From Ramazzottius varieornatus (lineage: Eukaryota > Animalia > Tardigrada), in the NCBI GenBank assembly GCA_001949185.1, contig BDGG01000010.1:1790773-1854772 (forward strand): DNA of 64,000 nucleotides, given 5' to 3'. Under the pieces are notes generated by a model that had not been told where the DNA came from, ran no database searches, and was given only the letters and a program-made list of their open reading frames with translations. This document shows, one piece after another, positions 25,058 through 37,951 of the stretch (positions are counted from its first letter, which is position 1; each line of letters starts with the position of its first letter). The translations under genes were made by a program, and so were the position numbers.

Positions 25058-27683
25058 ATGGAAAATTCCCTTGCGAAACGTCCCGCTCAAGCTATGGTAT
25101 CTTCCGTGGTCGGCTCTGCGAGTTCCGTGACCGAATCTAACAGCGTCCAGCAGAACTATTTGGACAAAAACAAAAGGTTCAAGACGGGCAAGCCCTTCAC
25201 CGGAGTAGCGTCACGTCTTACCATAAACCCTGAATACACAGCCGAATCGTTCAAGAATTCCGTTCGCTCTCTCTTGCGAGCGTACGATGAGGGTACGGTA
25301 ACTGTGATTTGAATAAGATCTAATTCTAAAATCCGCCATCGAGCACGATGGTTTTCGGATACTGCCAGAATTTCGGTCATTCACTTGGTGAGCGTTCTTG
25401 CAGGTCCCAATGCTCCAGCAGATGCTGACATCTCGCCAGCGCTCAACTTTGTCTTTCGAAAACCCTTCCGCCATATGGTCTTCCCTGATTTCTTCCGCGG
25501 ACCCATTGAAGGTGTCGAGGTGGAGCTTCTCAGTCAGAAGTTCGACAGCTTATCCACAGACTTGTTTCAGTTGTCACAGGTAAGTTGAGAGTTTTTGAAG
25601 TACGCGACTCTAACTACTCCCCGTAGCGCACTCGGTCTTACGTTCTCTTGTTTTTAGACCAAAGAGCTAGCGTCGGACCGGGTTCAAGAATTTGCTCAGG
25701 TATCCAGTACGTTGCGAGAGGATGTGAGACCGTGGTTGCAAGAAATCACCGGTGTCGAGCTGACCAAGGAAGTGGATATGAGAGGCGGAAGATACACCTA
25801 TACAGGTTAGTTCCCCAAATATCGTGCGGTTTTACGATTTCAGGGCTTACCTTGTCTGCGGTCTTCAGCAGGTGTGTCTTGCAGATAGACTGGTATGCCA
25901 TGACGATAGACTGTCTTCCAGAAAGATCGCCTATGTCTACTACGTGACGTCGTCGGACTGGTCGGCAGAAGACGGAGGAACTTTAGATCTGTACGAAAGT
26001 ATATGTAAGTTCCTCATGCCTTGTCTTTTGAGTTTGGGAAAACCGGACTGCAGAAATCTGAGCGTTTCGTGGTTGGTTCGTTCCAGGTATGAACGATAAC
26101 CTTGTTCCGGGCGAATTAGAGAAGCGTATCCTTCCTCTCAGAAATTCCGTTGTTTTTTTCTTCGTTAGTGACGATTCGTTCCATGAGGTGAGTAAACCGA
26201 AGCCACGAATCTTCATCGGTACTTTGGTTGATTATCATCAGTGTTTTGTCGTGATTGCAGGTCAGTGAAGTATTAAGCCTGACCAAGTCAAGGCTGTCTT
26301 TGACAGGATGGTTTCACACCTCGAAGCCTCCCAAACCCCGAGTCGAGTATCAAGAGTCTCCGGAAGCGCAGCTGTTCAACTTCAAACCGGTATGTTGCGA
26401 CTAGGTTTCACAGCACTGTAGATCATTGACAAATCTAGCAAATTGTGGTTTAGGGGACGGTGGCTGAAGCTCGAATATGCCGGTTGGCAAAACCTGACGA
26501 CGTGATGCTCCGAAGAGCCAAGAATAAGTACAAGAGTGAGCTCCAGAAGCATCGCGCTACCGACGTCCGACACCTTCTGGCGGTAAGTCGACTGTTGTAC
26601 ATCCCAGAGGCTTGTCCGAACTAGATTGCTCGAATCTATAAACTGGACTGATAAAGCTTTTTGATATAGGAAGATCTTTACCAGTCTTTGGTTATGGAGC
26701 TCCGGCAACATGACCATGCTTTACCGTGGGCCGTTCCGGCGAACCGAAATACGTCTGGGTAAGTCTTCTCTGGTACATGATACTCAAAACTACTTGCTTT
26801 TGAACTTATTGTTTCTAGTCGGTATCGGTACGTGGACATACCGGCGGACTTCCAGTGGTTGAAAGAATTGCCCAACATGAGCCACCTTGTCCAGACGATC
26901 TTCTCAGGTCAGTTCCTACAGTCCTTGATGGACATCAATGGCAAGCAGTTGGCTATCACACGTCAGAAACCGAAGCCAGACGAAAAACGAGAGGGTGTGA
27001 ACGGCACTACCAAGTCCAGCAGGCAAGAGACGATAAAATGTAAGGAAGCTCTCCGTTTCGTGTTTGGAGACAGTACTGTTGATGGGTTTGTTTGTTATTA
27101 CAGTCGCCATCTCCGTCTATCAGTGCCGGCTTGAGCGGTTCGAACATGGAGACTACACCTTGAAGAACTTTGACGCGGTCCAAATGGACAACGTACTCGA
27201 TTTATTCTACTTCATCGACTGCGAGAGGCTTGAGAAAGACTGTGGAGGAAGCCTGGTCTTCGTTGAAGTCGACGACTCTCCTGACGATGAATGGGATCCG
27301 GTACGAATACTGTATAGTTATACCCCTTCTTCATAACTGCAGATTAAGTACTGATAAAGTGTATGTTGACGAGTGGAATTGCCGTTGCTCAGATTGTCCA
27401 GTTCGATGGGACTCCCAACTGCCTCAGTATTGTCAAGCGTGATCAAGGCCACGTCTTTTACACAGAGTACGTCAACCATCGCTGGGTACGTCGGAATGGC
27501 GGTCGGCCTTTCTACCGTCTATGGGTGTCACTACCGTTGGAAATGGACGATACGGCTGAAAGCTCCAGCGAAAGCGAGCAAGCAGACGACACTTCCGCAG
27601 ACGAAGATGACAGACTACACGAACCTGATGCTATTCCGGCCGCCTTGTCAAATAGTGAGACTGACGAAGACGAGGAAGAATAG
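25058..27683 (+). CDS. OGFOD1: Prolyl 3-hydroxylase OGFOD1 (Tpa1/Sudestada1), multi-exon
   Basis: PFRHMVFPDF, TDLFQLSQT, LVCHDDRLSSRKIAYVYY, DGGTLDLY, SFHEVSEV and RLSLTGWFH; second domain has RFEHGDYTL and NCLSIVKRD. Confidence 0.9.
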
Positions 27684-27881
27684 CAATCAATGCCTTTGAT
27701 GTTTCGATAAGATTCGGACTGTGCCTTTGTTAAAAGCAGACTACTTTCTATCTTAACGGAAAATGAAATTGAAAATTTTTGATTTGTTGGTCGTCTTTGT
27801 TGCGGACCGAAAATCAAATTCGAGCTCGAAATGAAAGAAAATATCGATCACGTACAGGAGTTGTTTCTATTACTGTATCTG

Positions 27882-29050
27882 TCAGTGAGCATTATAATCA
27901 CCCGTAGCAAGGGAAGAAAGCGGAATTAAATAATAACCAACAGCTACCCAAAAAGCTTCGACGATACCAAAATGGTTATGCATCTCTTGCGGAAGAATCT
28001 CGAGAAACATGACATGGAGAAAAGTCCCAGCTGCTAGAGCCTGTAAAACGACTATCAGAACATTCACACTGGAATGATCAGCTTGCTGAACCAGAAGGCC
28101 TATCCCTTGTCCTAATGGAATGATAACAGAAAAAATAAAACAAAATAAAATCTTGGAGCGTAGCTCCATCTTTTGTCTTGCGAGCGAAATACCAATAGCC
28201 AGCCCCATAAGTATCTCATGTGCGATCACACCGGTGAACATTGTTATCAAGAGATCGACGTCTTTGATGAGACCTAGGGCGAGTCCTTCGAAGATGGAGT
28301 GAGCACCTAAGGACGTAACGAAAACTACGAAGCGAGTGATGCCTTGGTAGTCATCAAGTACTGCTTCATGATGGTGGTGATGATGATGGTGACCGTGGGA
28401 ATGGTTGTGGTTATGATTGTGCGAGCTGTTGCTACTCGTAGTGCTCGAATGGATCACTTTGAAGTCCAGGTCTTCTTCCTTTGCGAGAGCGGAGAATCTA
28501 GCTTCTGGCTGTACTGCATCAGCTTCCACGGTTCCTTCTTCATCAGATACGTCGTCTAGCAGTAAAGGGCCTCTTGAGTTAGTGCTGACGAGTTCCTGAT
28601 CTAAAACGAATCGAACATATGAGCAATGAATGACAGCCGGAAGTGGCAACCGGAAGTGGTCGTACCTGGTGCTCTTCGTGCGGTGGTCATGCCTCCGCGC
28701 TTCTTGAAACGATGCATAATGACATCCACAATACGCTCAAGCAATGCGGTGAGAAGAAAGCCGAGGAAGACAAGGGATGGTCCGAGCTGCATTGGGTGTC
28801 GCCATATGGAAGTGTCTGCGAAGATCTCCTCGAACTCGTGTACGACATGTGGATAGTACTGGGTGAAGAATGCGCCAGCGAACACTCCACCTGATACGCA
28901 GTTCGAGTAGCTCTTGAGCCGAGAGAGGAGACGCTTCTTCCAGGAGTTAGCTTCAGCATGGATATGGATCACAGATGGGACCAGACAGGTCAGAAAACAA
29001 CTCACGAACATGGACAACACCGTCACGATGTGAGCGGCTGCCAGCTCCAT
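27882..29050 (-). CDS. ZIP (SLC39, ZIP1/3-like) zinc transporter with His-rich loop
   Basis: SNCVSGGVFAG, HNHNHNHSHGHHHHHHHH, SLGAHSIFEGLALG, VIAHEIL and ALAAGTFLHVMFLEILPQE. Confidence 0.92.
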
Positions 29051-29394
29051 GATACCTTCGAGCTGAGTCTTTATAGAGGTCTGACAAGTCAGAAAACACG
29101 TCCGCAATCTGCAACTGAATGGATTATGAAGCGCAAGTGCCCAGTGGAGCGCCAAGGGGTATCAGTTCAGCACGTCGTCATTAGTTTACATTCCATACGG
29201 CGATCCAAATCGATAGTTGCAAGGACGCTACGTATTCCCAGTCCGCCGGTCTCGTACCGCACCCGCTGCATCCACCAGCGATTCCTGCGGACTACAGTCA
29301 TGTACCAGATTGTAGGAAATAAGGAGTCTTCGATCGATGAGACAGGCAAATATTCATATACGAGCATTTGACAGCGTGCGAAATCAATCAACCG

Positions 29395-29791
29395 CTCACA
29401 TTTGGCCTCACATTTCGGACTCTCACATGTAGTCTCACATTCACCAAAGCCCACCCCGCCCCAAATCAAGCCGTATGAGACGTCAGCATGACGGGACGCG
29501 AAAATGCGGCATTTAGAATAATGGCTGCGCGGCACTCATTTTCGCTTAGATGGCCTTATCCTCGCTTGGAAGTGCTGAATAATATGATGAACAGCACGGA
29601 CGAATTAGTTAGGTGTGAATCCATGCGAATTGGAAGAAGAATTCATCCCGGTCCGAGGTCTCACATAATGGTCGACTTTTTGTGAGCAGCCACAGTCTCA
29701 CTTCACTTTTCGACGCTCATATTTGGATTTAAGCCAATCACGGAGGCGGAGTGGAGCCGGTCGCGACCAAATGGAAGCATTGAAATGTGAG
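29395..29791. promoter_or_regulatory. Cluster of CTCACAT motifs upstream of the ZIP gene
   Basis: CTCACAT at 29395, 29407, 29422, 29434 and 29660, reverse copy at 29785, near-copies at 29681, 29697 and ~29717. Confidence 0.45.
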
Positions 29792-30932
29792 AGTGCAAAT
29801 TTTAGCGGTCGATTGATTTTTCGCACGCTGTCAAATGTTTTTCTCAGCAGTTCAGCATGAGCCTGATTTAAATCATTTGATCAACTGTCTGTCTCGATCA
29901 ACTCGCGCAATAGTGCATTCCGTACACATACGATTGGAAAAAAATTCTGGGACAGGCCTTCTCGCTACGGCGGTACGGAAGCACGTATGTACGCGACCTA
30001 TTCATTGCAATACACTTGAGTGGATGCCAATAGAAAATGGTGACTTGGCAGGCCGTGCGGCTTATCACATTGCGTCAGTATGAGCACAACCGAGTACAAA
30101 CCTTCAAATCCATCCGGATTGAAAGCAGGAAGGCGACTAAGCAGTTTATTTTCCCTGACTTCGGCATCGTCCTCCGGACAGGTCGACAGTGTCGCTTCTT
30201 CCTCCGCCGAAAAGGTCTGACAATCGTCTGGGTTTGGGTCTGAACCACGCTCGTCCAGTAGGTCAGCTATAGCCTCTTCTGCGTAGTAGTCTTCTACTCT
30301 TCGTAGTTCCATCCCAACAGGAGCATCGCTCAGCAAATAAAAAGACCTAACCTGAGTGAGACAATGAATTCTAGTGAAAAGAGAAAGAAACACACCAAAA
30401 CTTTCTCCACAAGTCAACAAAATCAAATCTGAAAAGAAACGCGCTTCGGGTGGGGGCGTGACTGCAAATCGCCATTTTCTATTGGCATCGAGCTCCGCCC
30501 TATCCACCATTGTAGCCCATCCCCTGCCAAGTATCCGTTTTCTGTTGGCATTTACTCATTTTTCATCGTGCCTCATTCGTGCGTGTAGTGTACCGTACTT
30601 CTCACAATGGAAGAAAGTTTGGAAAGCATGGCTTGCGGAGGGGCAGGAACTTGAGGTTTTTGGTTTGCCCCACAGGACAAGTTTGTCCGTCACACCAAGT
30701 CACACGGAAAATAAATTCGCTCGGTCGTGCACTCGTGCTGCTGCGATTTTGTCATCGTCGACAACATGTAAGTAGTACCAGGAACTTCTCATCATGTTTG
30801 CATGCTCATCCGTTCAAGCAAATTACCTGCAGCTATCTAAACTAGGAGACTATGTCTAACCTTTGGACTTCCGGAGCGCGCGTTATCGAAGAATAACTGA
30901 CGCGACTATTTGGACGCAAAGCAAACTCCACT

Positions 30933-33900
30933 ATGACATCGACTCCAGACGTGCAATTGTCCCTGTCGTCTGCTGAACGTAATGGATCATCTTTAGCCCT
31001 CAGGAATCTGAAGAACATGGTGCAAGGATCGAACTTTGGGTATCAGAGCTTCGAAGAAGATGAGAACGCGTTTGCTGCAGGGGACTTCCGGCGATCTGAC
31101 GTCAACGATCGTGACAACCTCAACACAGCAGCTTCAACGACGGACTTGAAGGATGTCCATAAGGATGAAGAGAAAGACCTACCACGTAACAGAAAGTCCA
31201 TGAACGGGAAGTCGTGGATCAACGGTGGCGCAATCGGTGCAACGGACGAAGATGCCGTGGAAGAGTGCCAGATACGAACATATGGAGGTCCTTTGTCCAA
31301 GCGAGACCTTCGGGCTGGATTACGTGCATGCTGCACTGTGGACATGCTCCGAAGAAGGTTCCCAATATCGATATGGCTTCCGCGATATACCTTGGCGGAT
31401 TTTACACATGATCTCGTCGCAGGATTGACCGTTGGTATGATCCGTATTACATGACATAAACTATAAGGATAATTAGGTGCTGGATTGCTGTTCATCTATA
31501 TTCAGATCGCTCCTTGTTGCAGGTTTAACGGTTGTTCCTCAGGCTCTTGCAGACGCACAGATTGTGGGTATTCCTTTGGAGGTAAGTTATAATCCCGATT
31601 TTCTCGATTTCTGCGAGCCCGCGATGGTTTCCCGAACGTAATCGGAACTTTGCTGACGTGACATTCACTTCAGAAGTCGTTTGTTTCTAGTACGGACTGT
31701 ATTCTTCGTTCATGGGACCGTTCATGTACGCGCTTTTCGGAACATCCAGCCATGTCACTGTGGTGCGTGCACGTACCGTTCTTAATTTTCAAGCCTGCAT
31801 GGTTATCAGGCTTTATTTCGTTTCGTTTCAGGGACCTACAGCGTTGTTGTCCTTGCTTACTAGTGCGTATCTGCCACATAGGCATATCGCCGATATGGCG
31901 ACCTACGCCATTATATTGTCCTTCTTTTCGGGATGTTTCACCCTGCTCTTGGGAATCCTGAATCTGGGTACGCACAGCACCGAGGCCACTCAGGCTAACT
32001 TAGAAGCCTTCATATTTTTTACCTCTGTTAACAGTCCACGTTATGCGTTGAACAAGACAGTTCTCTGCAGGCTTCCTCGTGAACTTTGTTTCCACGCCGG
32101 TAATGAGTGGATTTACCACCGCGGCCTCTATAATCATCATTCTCGGGCAATTAAAGAATCTCCTGGGCATCAATCCAGGCAGAACAAGCGACAACATTAT
32201 CAGCATTATTGGAGGATACATTCGGCACTTGGGCGACGTAAAGTATGTACGACAGTCGTAACTCTGTCATCTGTTGTTAGATATTTTTACGTATATTGCG
32301 TGATTGGGAAACTCTGACTCTGTAACATTTATTTTCTTGCAGTGGCTGGGACGTCCTACTTGGTTCCTGTTGTATATGCTCCATACTGGTCCTGAAAGCC
32401 ATAGCGCCTGTCTTGAGATGGGATCGTTTTCGAAGTAAACAGTCTTCATGTGGATGGAGATTCCTTGGCGCAGTCCTTAAGATTCTGTGTTATGGTATGC
32501 ACCCGTCATTCTCAATAAAGGCTTGACGGCATTGCTGCGAACCGAAATAACGCGGTTCCTCATACAGGAAGATACGCGTTGGTGGTCATCATCGCCACGA
32601 TAATAGGCGGAAGTCTTACCCACATTGACGGAAGTGGACCTGTGACCATCACCCACGAAGTTCGCGGCGGGTTCCCTCCTTTCGCTGCGCCGAACTTCGT
32701 TCCGGATAACCAGACCTTCATCGAAGTAATCGACAATCTGGGCTCTGGATTGGTTTTGATACCCATTATTGGGCTCTTCGAATCCATCGTGGTCGCTAAA
32801 GCCTTCTCCCATCGGTTCGGCTACACCATCGACTCCACCCAAGAACTAATCGCACTTGGTATCGCGAACATCATGGGTTCGTTCGTATCGTCCTTTCCTG
32901 TCGCTGGTGCTTTCTCGAGAACGGCGCTGAACGCGGAAAGCGGTGTACGAACCCCTCTCAGCGGAATATTCACCGGTAAATCGTATTTCACATGCATTGC
33001 GACAATAAATTCATTCATCTCGTTTACGTATTTCTCAGGTGTTTCCGTCCTGATTGCAATGTCCATTCTAAGTCCTGTCCTTCAATACATTCCAAAAGCT
33101 GGTTTAGCAGCTGTCATCATATCCGCTATATTCGTGATGATTGACTTCAGGATTTTCCTCGACCTCTGGCGCGTGAACCGCGTGGAGCTAATCCCGCTGT
33201 GTGCTACTCTACTGCTCTGCCTATTCATGGGTGTGCAGTTTGGGTTGCCCCTTGGTATCGGCATCTCGCTTCTCATGCTGGTTTACCCGTTAGCTCGTCC
33301 TGTGGTCTCCGTCGAGTACCGTCGTACATATAAGCGAGAGGAAGATAGCCTCGCGAACTCCAAAACAAAACCGAGGTATAAAGAAGTCTACCACGATATT
33401 TCAGTGATGTTTGAGCTGTTAACTTTCGTTTGCAGGTTTAACGTGACGATCACTCCACAGAGTGCCTTGTACTTTCCCTCCGCCGAGTTCTTCAAAGATA
33501 TCTTCGCGAAAGATCTCCTAAATCCCGGCGCTTTCCGTTACGGAGTTTCCGCGGCACCTGACTTCCTCTACGAAAGTATCGCCCACGATGAAATCCCAGT
33601 TGAAGATCGCCGAGCAGCAAACGAAGAACGACCGCCACCCATTGTCTTCAACGGTGCGCACTTGACGAACAGCGATTACTCAACAGTTCGAACCATGCGG
33701 AACATCGTGGCGAGCTGTCGCGCTGCACGACGTGATATCGTGTTCACCAATACTAGTCATGACTTCATGAGGCTGGTCCAAGTGAAGGAAGACGAACTAC
33801 AAATGGAGACGCTGTCCACCATGAAGGACCGTCCAGTGTTGCGGCCGACAAGCGGCGTGGACGCTTCAGTTTCTGATGAGAAAGAAACAGTGTCGATATC

Positions 33901-33985
33901 GACTCCCGGTCAGATTGCTACTTATTCTTCCGTGTCGTTTCCTAATGCCTCTCCTGCAGCAAACGATCTCCATTCCAGTGCTTAA
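30933..33985 (+). CDS. SLC26 anion transporter (SLC26A11-like) with STAS domain, multi-exon
   Basis: FPISIWLPRY..DLVAGLTVGLTVVPQ, YGLYSSFMG, GPTALLSLL, NFVSTPVMSGFTTA, TQELIALG and GAFSRTALNAESGVRTPLSG. Confidence 0.92.
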
Positions 33986-34405
33986 TGATCAGATATACCG
34001 CTAACAATAACTTTCTACCTCAACGGCAGCTTGGTTTTATGTGACCTCGACTTATAGTCGTACAATGTCGAGCAGCTTCCTTCCAATTTTCTGCGTTTTT
34101 ACTTTTATAAGCGTGTTTCCTTTGTTGAAATACTCGGCTTGGGTTTTTCTACAGTTTTACTCCGGAGTGTCTAAGAACCACTTCCGGGTTCTTCAAATGG
34201 GCAATTTCATGGTCTTTTTCGGCATGTTTCATACCCTGAATCCACCCATAAGTTTACACGTTTACAATGAATGCATGAAAATACGGTTGCGACTTGCGAG
34301 AGTAACTACAAACTGGAGATAAAAGGAGTGAAATTAGCGAAGTAGCGCTTACATCTAAATGAAACGATCGACGGGAATGATATACCTAGCTGCGCAATGG
34401 CCTAA

Positions 34406-34831
34406 TCAACCAGCCAGAACCAACAGTATTATTGTAGCCGTGTTTAAAAGTATCAGCGGAACTACAAGAAAAAACAAAAGTTTTGGTAAGGTTAATATGG
34501 CCGGGAAGAAAGTTTCACGAGCTGCGTACGGACGGAGATGAACTTACATCGCATAACTGTCCTGACGGAGTTGACCAGGTTGATTATCTGAGATTTCGTC
34601 GACTGTGGTGATGCATAGCCTCCTTGATAGTACGCTGCTCCAGGCTGTACTGTATCCCTACCCCATCCAACTGCAAAGATTCCAGTATAAGTGTCGTAAT
34701 TAAAACTTTCCCAAGGCCCAGGAGTCAGGAGGCCACTTACTTTTCCGCAGAAATCTTTCCTCGTTTAATACGGCGATCGCATTGACCACCAGAAGAGCAG
34801 CTTCCAGTAAGGAGTACAGTGTAAATGTCAT
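34406..34831 (-). CDS. IER3IP1: Immediate early response 3-interacting protein 1 (Yos1), 3 exons, not in the ORF track
   Basis: Manual translation: MTFTLYSLLEAALLVVNAIAVLNEERFLRK / IGWG...KSQIINLVNSVRTVMR / FPLILLNTATIILLVLAG*. Confidence 0.93.
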
Positions 34832-35499
34832 GGTGGAGATCTTGCGATCGTACCTCCTACGCGCTCAACATCCCAACCTAGAAAATTCGATGGCGAAGAC
34901 AGGAACCCCCTCTGACAGAACTTCCGGTCAGGATCAGCTAACAGGAAAGCCAACTTCCGACTTCAAACTTTAACAACGATGGGACCCATCGAGACACAGT
35001 ACAGTCTGCACGTCTCGAATCAAGTGGTTTCTAATCAACTCAGTCAAGGAGAATCCGTCTCTCCCCAGCTGTTGGAGAGATTGCGATTAGCGCCTTCGAG
35101 TACTAGTACAGTTCTTACTAGTTTCTTACAGACTAGGTCCACCTGTCCTCTATCCTCATCGGAAGCTCATCCCGTAATATCACAACACTGTTACGGATTG
35201 CAGCGAGGAGTTTTGCGATTAAGGAAGTTTGCAAGAGCCACTTCTCTCCACGGAGGACAGCTTTGTCGACGCTTTTTGCGGAGGGAACGACGGTGATATC
35301 ACAGGTGTGCGCCTTAAGGCTTAAGTAAATTTTGTGGAGTCTGTAGCCCTTTAAACTCCTTTTAATCTAAGGCCCGAGTCACCATTATGATGTATCCTTG
35401 TACGTTTTGGGCGCTGCATCTTTGGACTAGGGCGGACCGGTGTCGTAATTGAAATGACAGCCTCGTTGTTAATAGTATTCTGTATGTAGTTTCAGCACG

Positions 35500-35823
35500 A
35501 TGCCTCCGTCACCCATATCGGGGATTGCTGATCTACTATACAAAAATGTCTTCCGGAGGACGTCCACCTTCGTACTTGCTATAATCGGAGGAGGATTTAT
35601 GTTTGAACGAGGGTTCGACAAGATTGGTGATACCATCTTTGAAACGCGGAATAAAGGCGTAAGTAAGAGTGTATAATTAAACCACTCCCTTTACGAATAT
35701 ACCTGCTTCCTGTGATCTCCAATGCTTATACTAATCGTTCTGCAGAAGCTGTGGAAGGATATAAAACACAAATACGAGACTAAGTCCGATGGAGATACGC
35801 CCACAGGAGACACGGAAGCATAG
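35500..35823 (+). CDS. UQCR10: Cytochrome b-c1 complex subunit 9, 2 exons, not in the ORF track
   Basis: Manual translation: MPPSPISGIADLLYKNVFRRTSTFVLAIIGGGFMFERGFDKIGDTIFETRNKG / KLWKDIKHKYETK...*. Confidence 0.93.
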
Positions 35824-36215
35824 GCTACTGGTAATGTGATGGAAATGTGAACATTTTAGTGGGTGCAGTGTTAGATAAATTTTCGCGACGATCGACGATC
35901 CTTCTCTGGAAGTGCTCTTTGCCTGTTCAATAAGCTTTTGACCAGTACGGACAAAAGCTGTGTTTCGACGGGAAAGATCAGCCTTTCACGTGCGCGTATT
36001 TGGTTGTTTACATTGTTTGTACCTTCCGCAAAACGGCGACCCGGAAGTTGAGCTAAAAAGTAAAACGTTCTATACATGCAGTATCTCAGAATCAATGAAT
36101 GGCTGTCTAAAAATTGTGCCAAATACAGAAGAACACCGAAAGAAACACATTGGACATATCACAGACAGATACGGCAAAGTTTAGAGAATTGGGAAGAATG
36201 GAACTATCGCACTAA

Positions 36216-37318
36216 CTAAACATCGTCATCGTGTACGTCTTCGGCAAGAGCCGAAGCACCCTGCATCTCTACCACGGCATTCCTGTAATGGCCCTTCTTG
36301 AAACGAATAAGGTCGGCCCACAGTAAGGTCGATCGGCAACTTGGACATTCGCCTTTCAGAGGAACAAAGCTTTGCTTATCTTCTCCGAGGAAGTGCTTGG
36401 CCAGGCATATGAGATGGTACGTCGAGGAGCAGGTCGTCACCAGGCATGTCACTCGATGTGGTTTCTCACATGCCAGCTGACAAATGCCGCATTTTGTGTC
36501 ACTTGGGCTCTCTTGTATGGCAATAATACTTGCGTCTGTGTTGTCCAGGCTCACTACATTCCCGCAGACCGGTGTTTCCGGCGCTGTTACTTTTTTGGTC
36601 CTTACTGCGCCACTCAGGATGGGTATATGTGACGGAGGCTTCAGGTTCGCGGGAAACTCGATCTCATATTCCTATGCAAAGAGAAAGCGACAGTTACCCC
36701 CGATCACCGCCGATTTGTCTCCTACAACCTTCATACGAAGAACCTCACAGTTCGTCGAAACACTCTTACCGAGTTGAGCCACTGGACGGTTAACGCGAGA
36801 TTGTTCCACGGCTCTATCGAAAGCATTTCGGCCATGAGACGAAGACGGTAGGTTAACCTGAACAAGACGGCGGATCGAGGGTCAAAGAATATTCACGCAA
36901 TACCTCATACTAGTCTGAACATACGCATTTTCTTTGGACTTTTTCTTGCCGACCGACCGAAGACGCCGAGATTCATCGGGATGCTGCCACGCCCACTCAA
37001 ACTGCAGAGCCGCGATGTTTGTCATGAATCCGTAGACGATCACGACGACGTCCCTGCAAAAGTACCATGAACTACGGACCCACCTCTAGATATTACTACA
37101 GAAGGATGGTTTTTCTGAGATAGCTCCAGAACGTACCATGGACCTTTCTTTGGCCCAGTTCGTACAGCGCCACCGAACTTCCGGCCCTTATTATGCTGCT
37201 TATGCCGTCGGTTGGGATCCACTGTATAGCCGATGTATGTGCGTCCACGGTACCAGCGGTTCTCCGAATTAGAAACCAGCAGGTAACAACCGTGAAAGTT
37301 CTCCACCGTTTGCTCCAT
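36216..37318 (-). CDS. SLX1: Structure-specific endonuclease subunit SLX1 (GIY-YIG + RING)
   Basis: FHGCYLL...[31 protein letters not shown] and C-terminal CGIC...C...C...HLICLA...CPSC. Confidence 0.93.
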
Positions 37319-37951
37319 CTTCGTCTGATACGTCTGGGCCGGAGCGGTAGATCATCGAATGCGCAAAACGCACGACGGAAGCTGCTGTTGCAACGAGCAA
37401 AACTCACTTGAAGTAACACATGCTGCTTCAGGGTTTTCCACTTACCAATACCGTGAGAATGCACCGCAACCGATCTGCCGATACGCTCCGGTGGCAGATT
37501 CTGGAAGAACTAAGAAGAATCTTTGAAGAATCAAAGTCTCAAAGCCCACACTTTTAACTGCAATTGCGAATGCGAAGTTAAAACCCATCAAAGATATTCT
37601 GGCCCCTGTTGTTGTGAGTCACAACTGATTCCTTGGAGAGTTAAGCCTTGATTGCTCGGATATCCGTTATTCCGTGACGATGGCAGGCGATACTGTGTTC
37701 AGGGTCTCGAATTAGATTAGAATTGCGCTTCAGGTAGAAGTCCAGTTCAACTTTCCCATTCTTCCAGCTCGCATTGTCCGGACAACTCCATACTCTTTCG
37801 TTTCAGAAGACTGAGTTACTTACGAGGCAAACCGGACAAGCGGAAGAAGCTGCCTGGACATTACCGACTGAGGAAGTGGGACTTTGTCGGCCACTGGACG
37901 TCTTGACGAGACATCGTGACGAAGCACAATCGACCCGACGACGGAGCAACA

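Noticed and set aside
28365-28425. ATG/GTG trinucleotide-like repeat
   Set aside because: It encodes the His-rich loop expected in ZIP transporters.
36672-36707. Apparent 36-nt micro-intron in SLX1
   Set aside because: A better donor (GTAAGA at ~36769) gives a normal ~98-nt intron consistent with the SLX1 alignment.
37580-37592. AAAACCCATCAAA, which resembles a template for a GATGGGTTTT repeat that I recall being proposed as a tardigrade telomere
   Set aside because: A single 13-mer in the SLX1/PSMC3 promoter. No pseudoknot or other telomerase RNA domains were recognisable, and the host telomere sequence is unknown.
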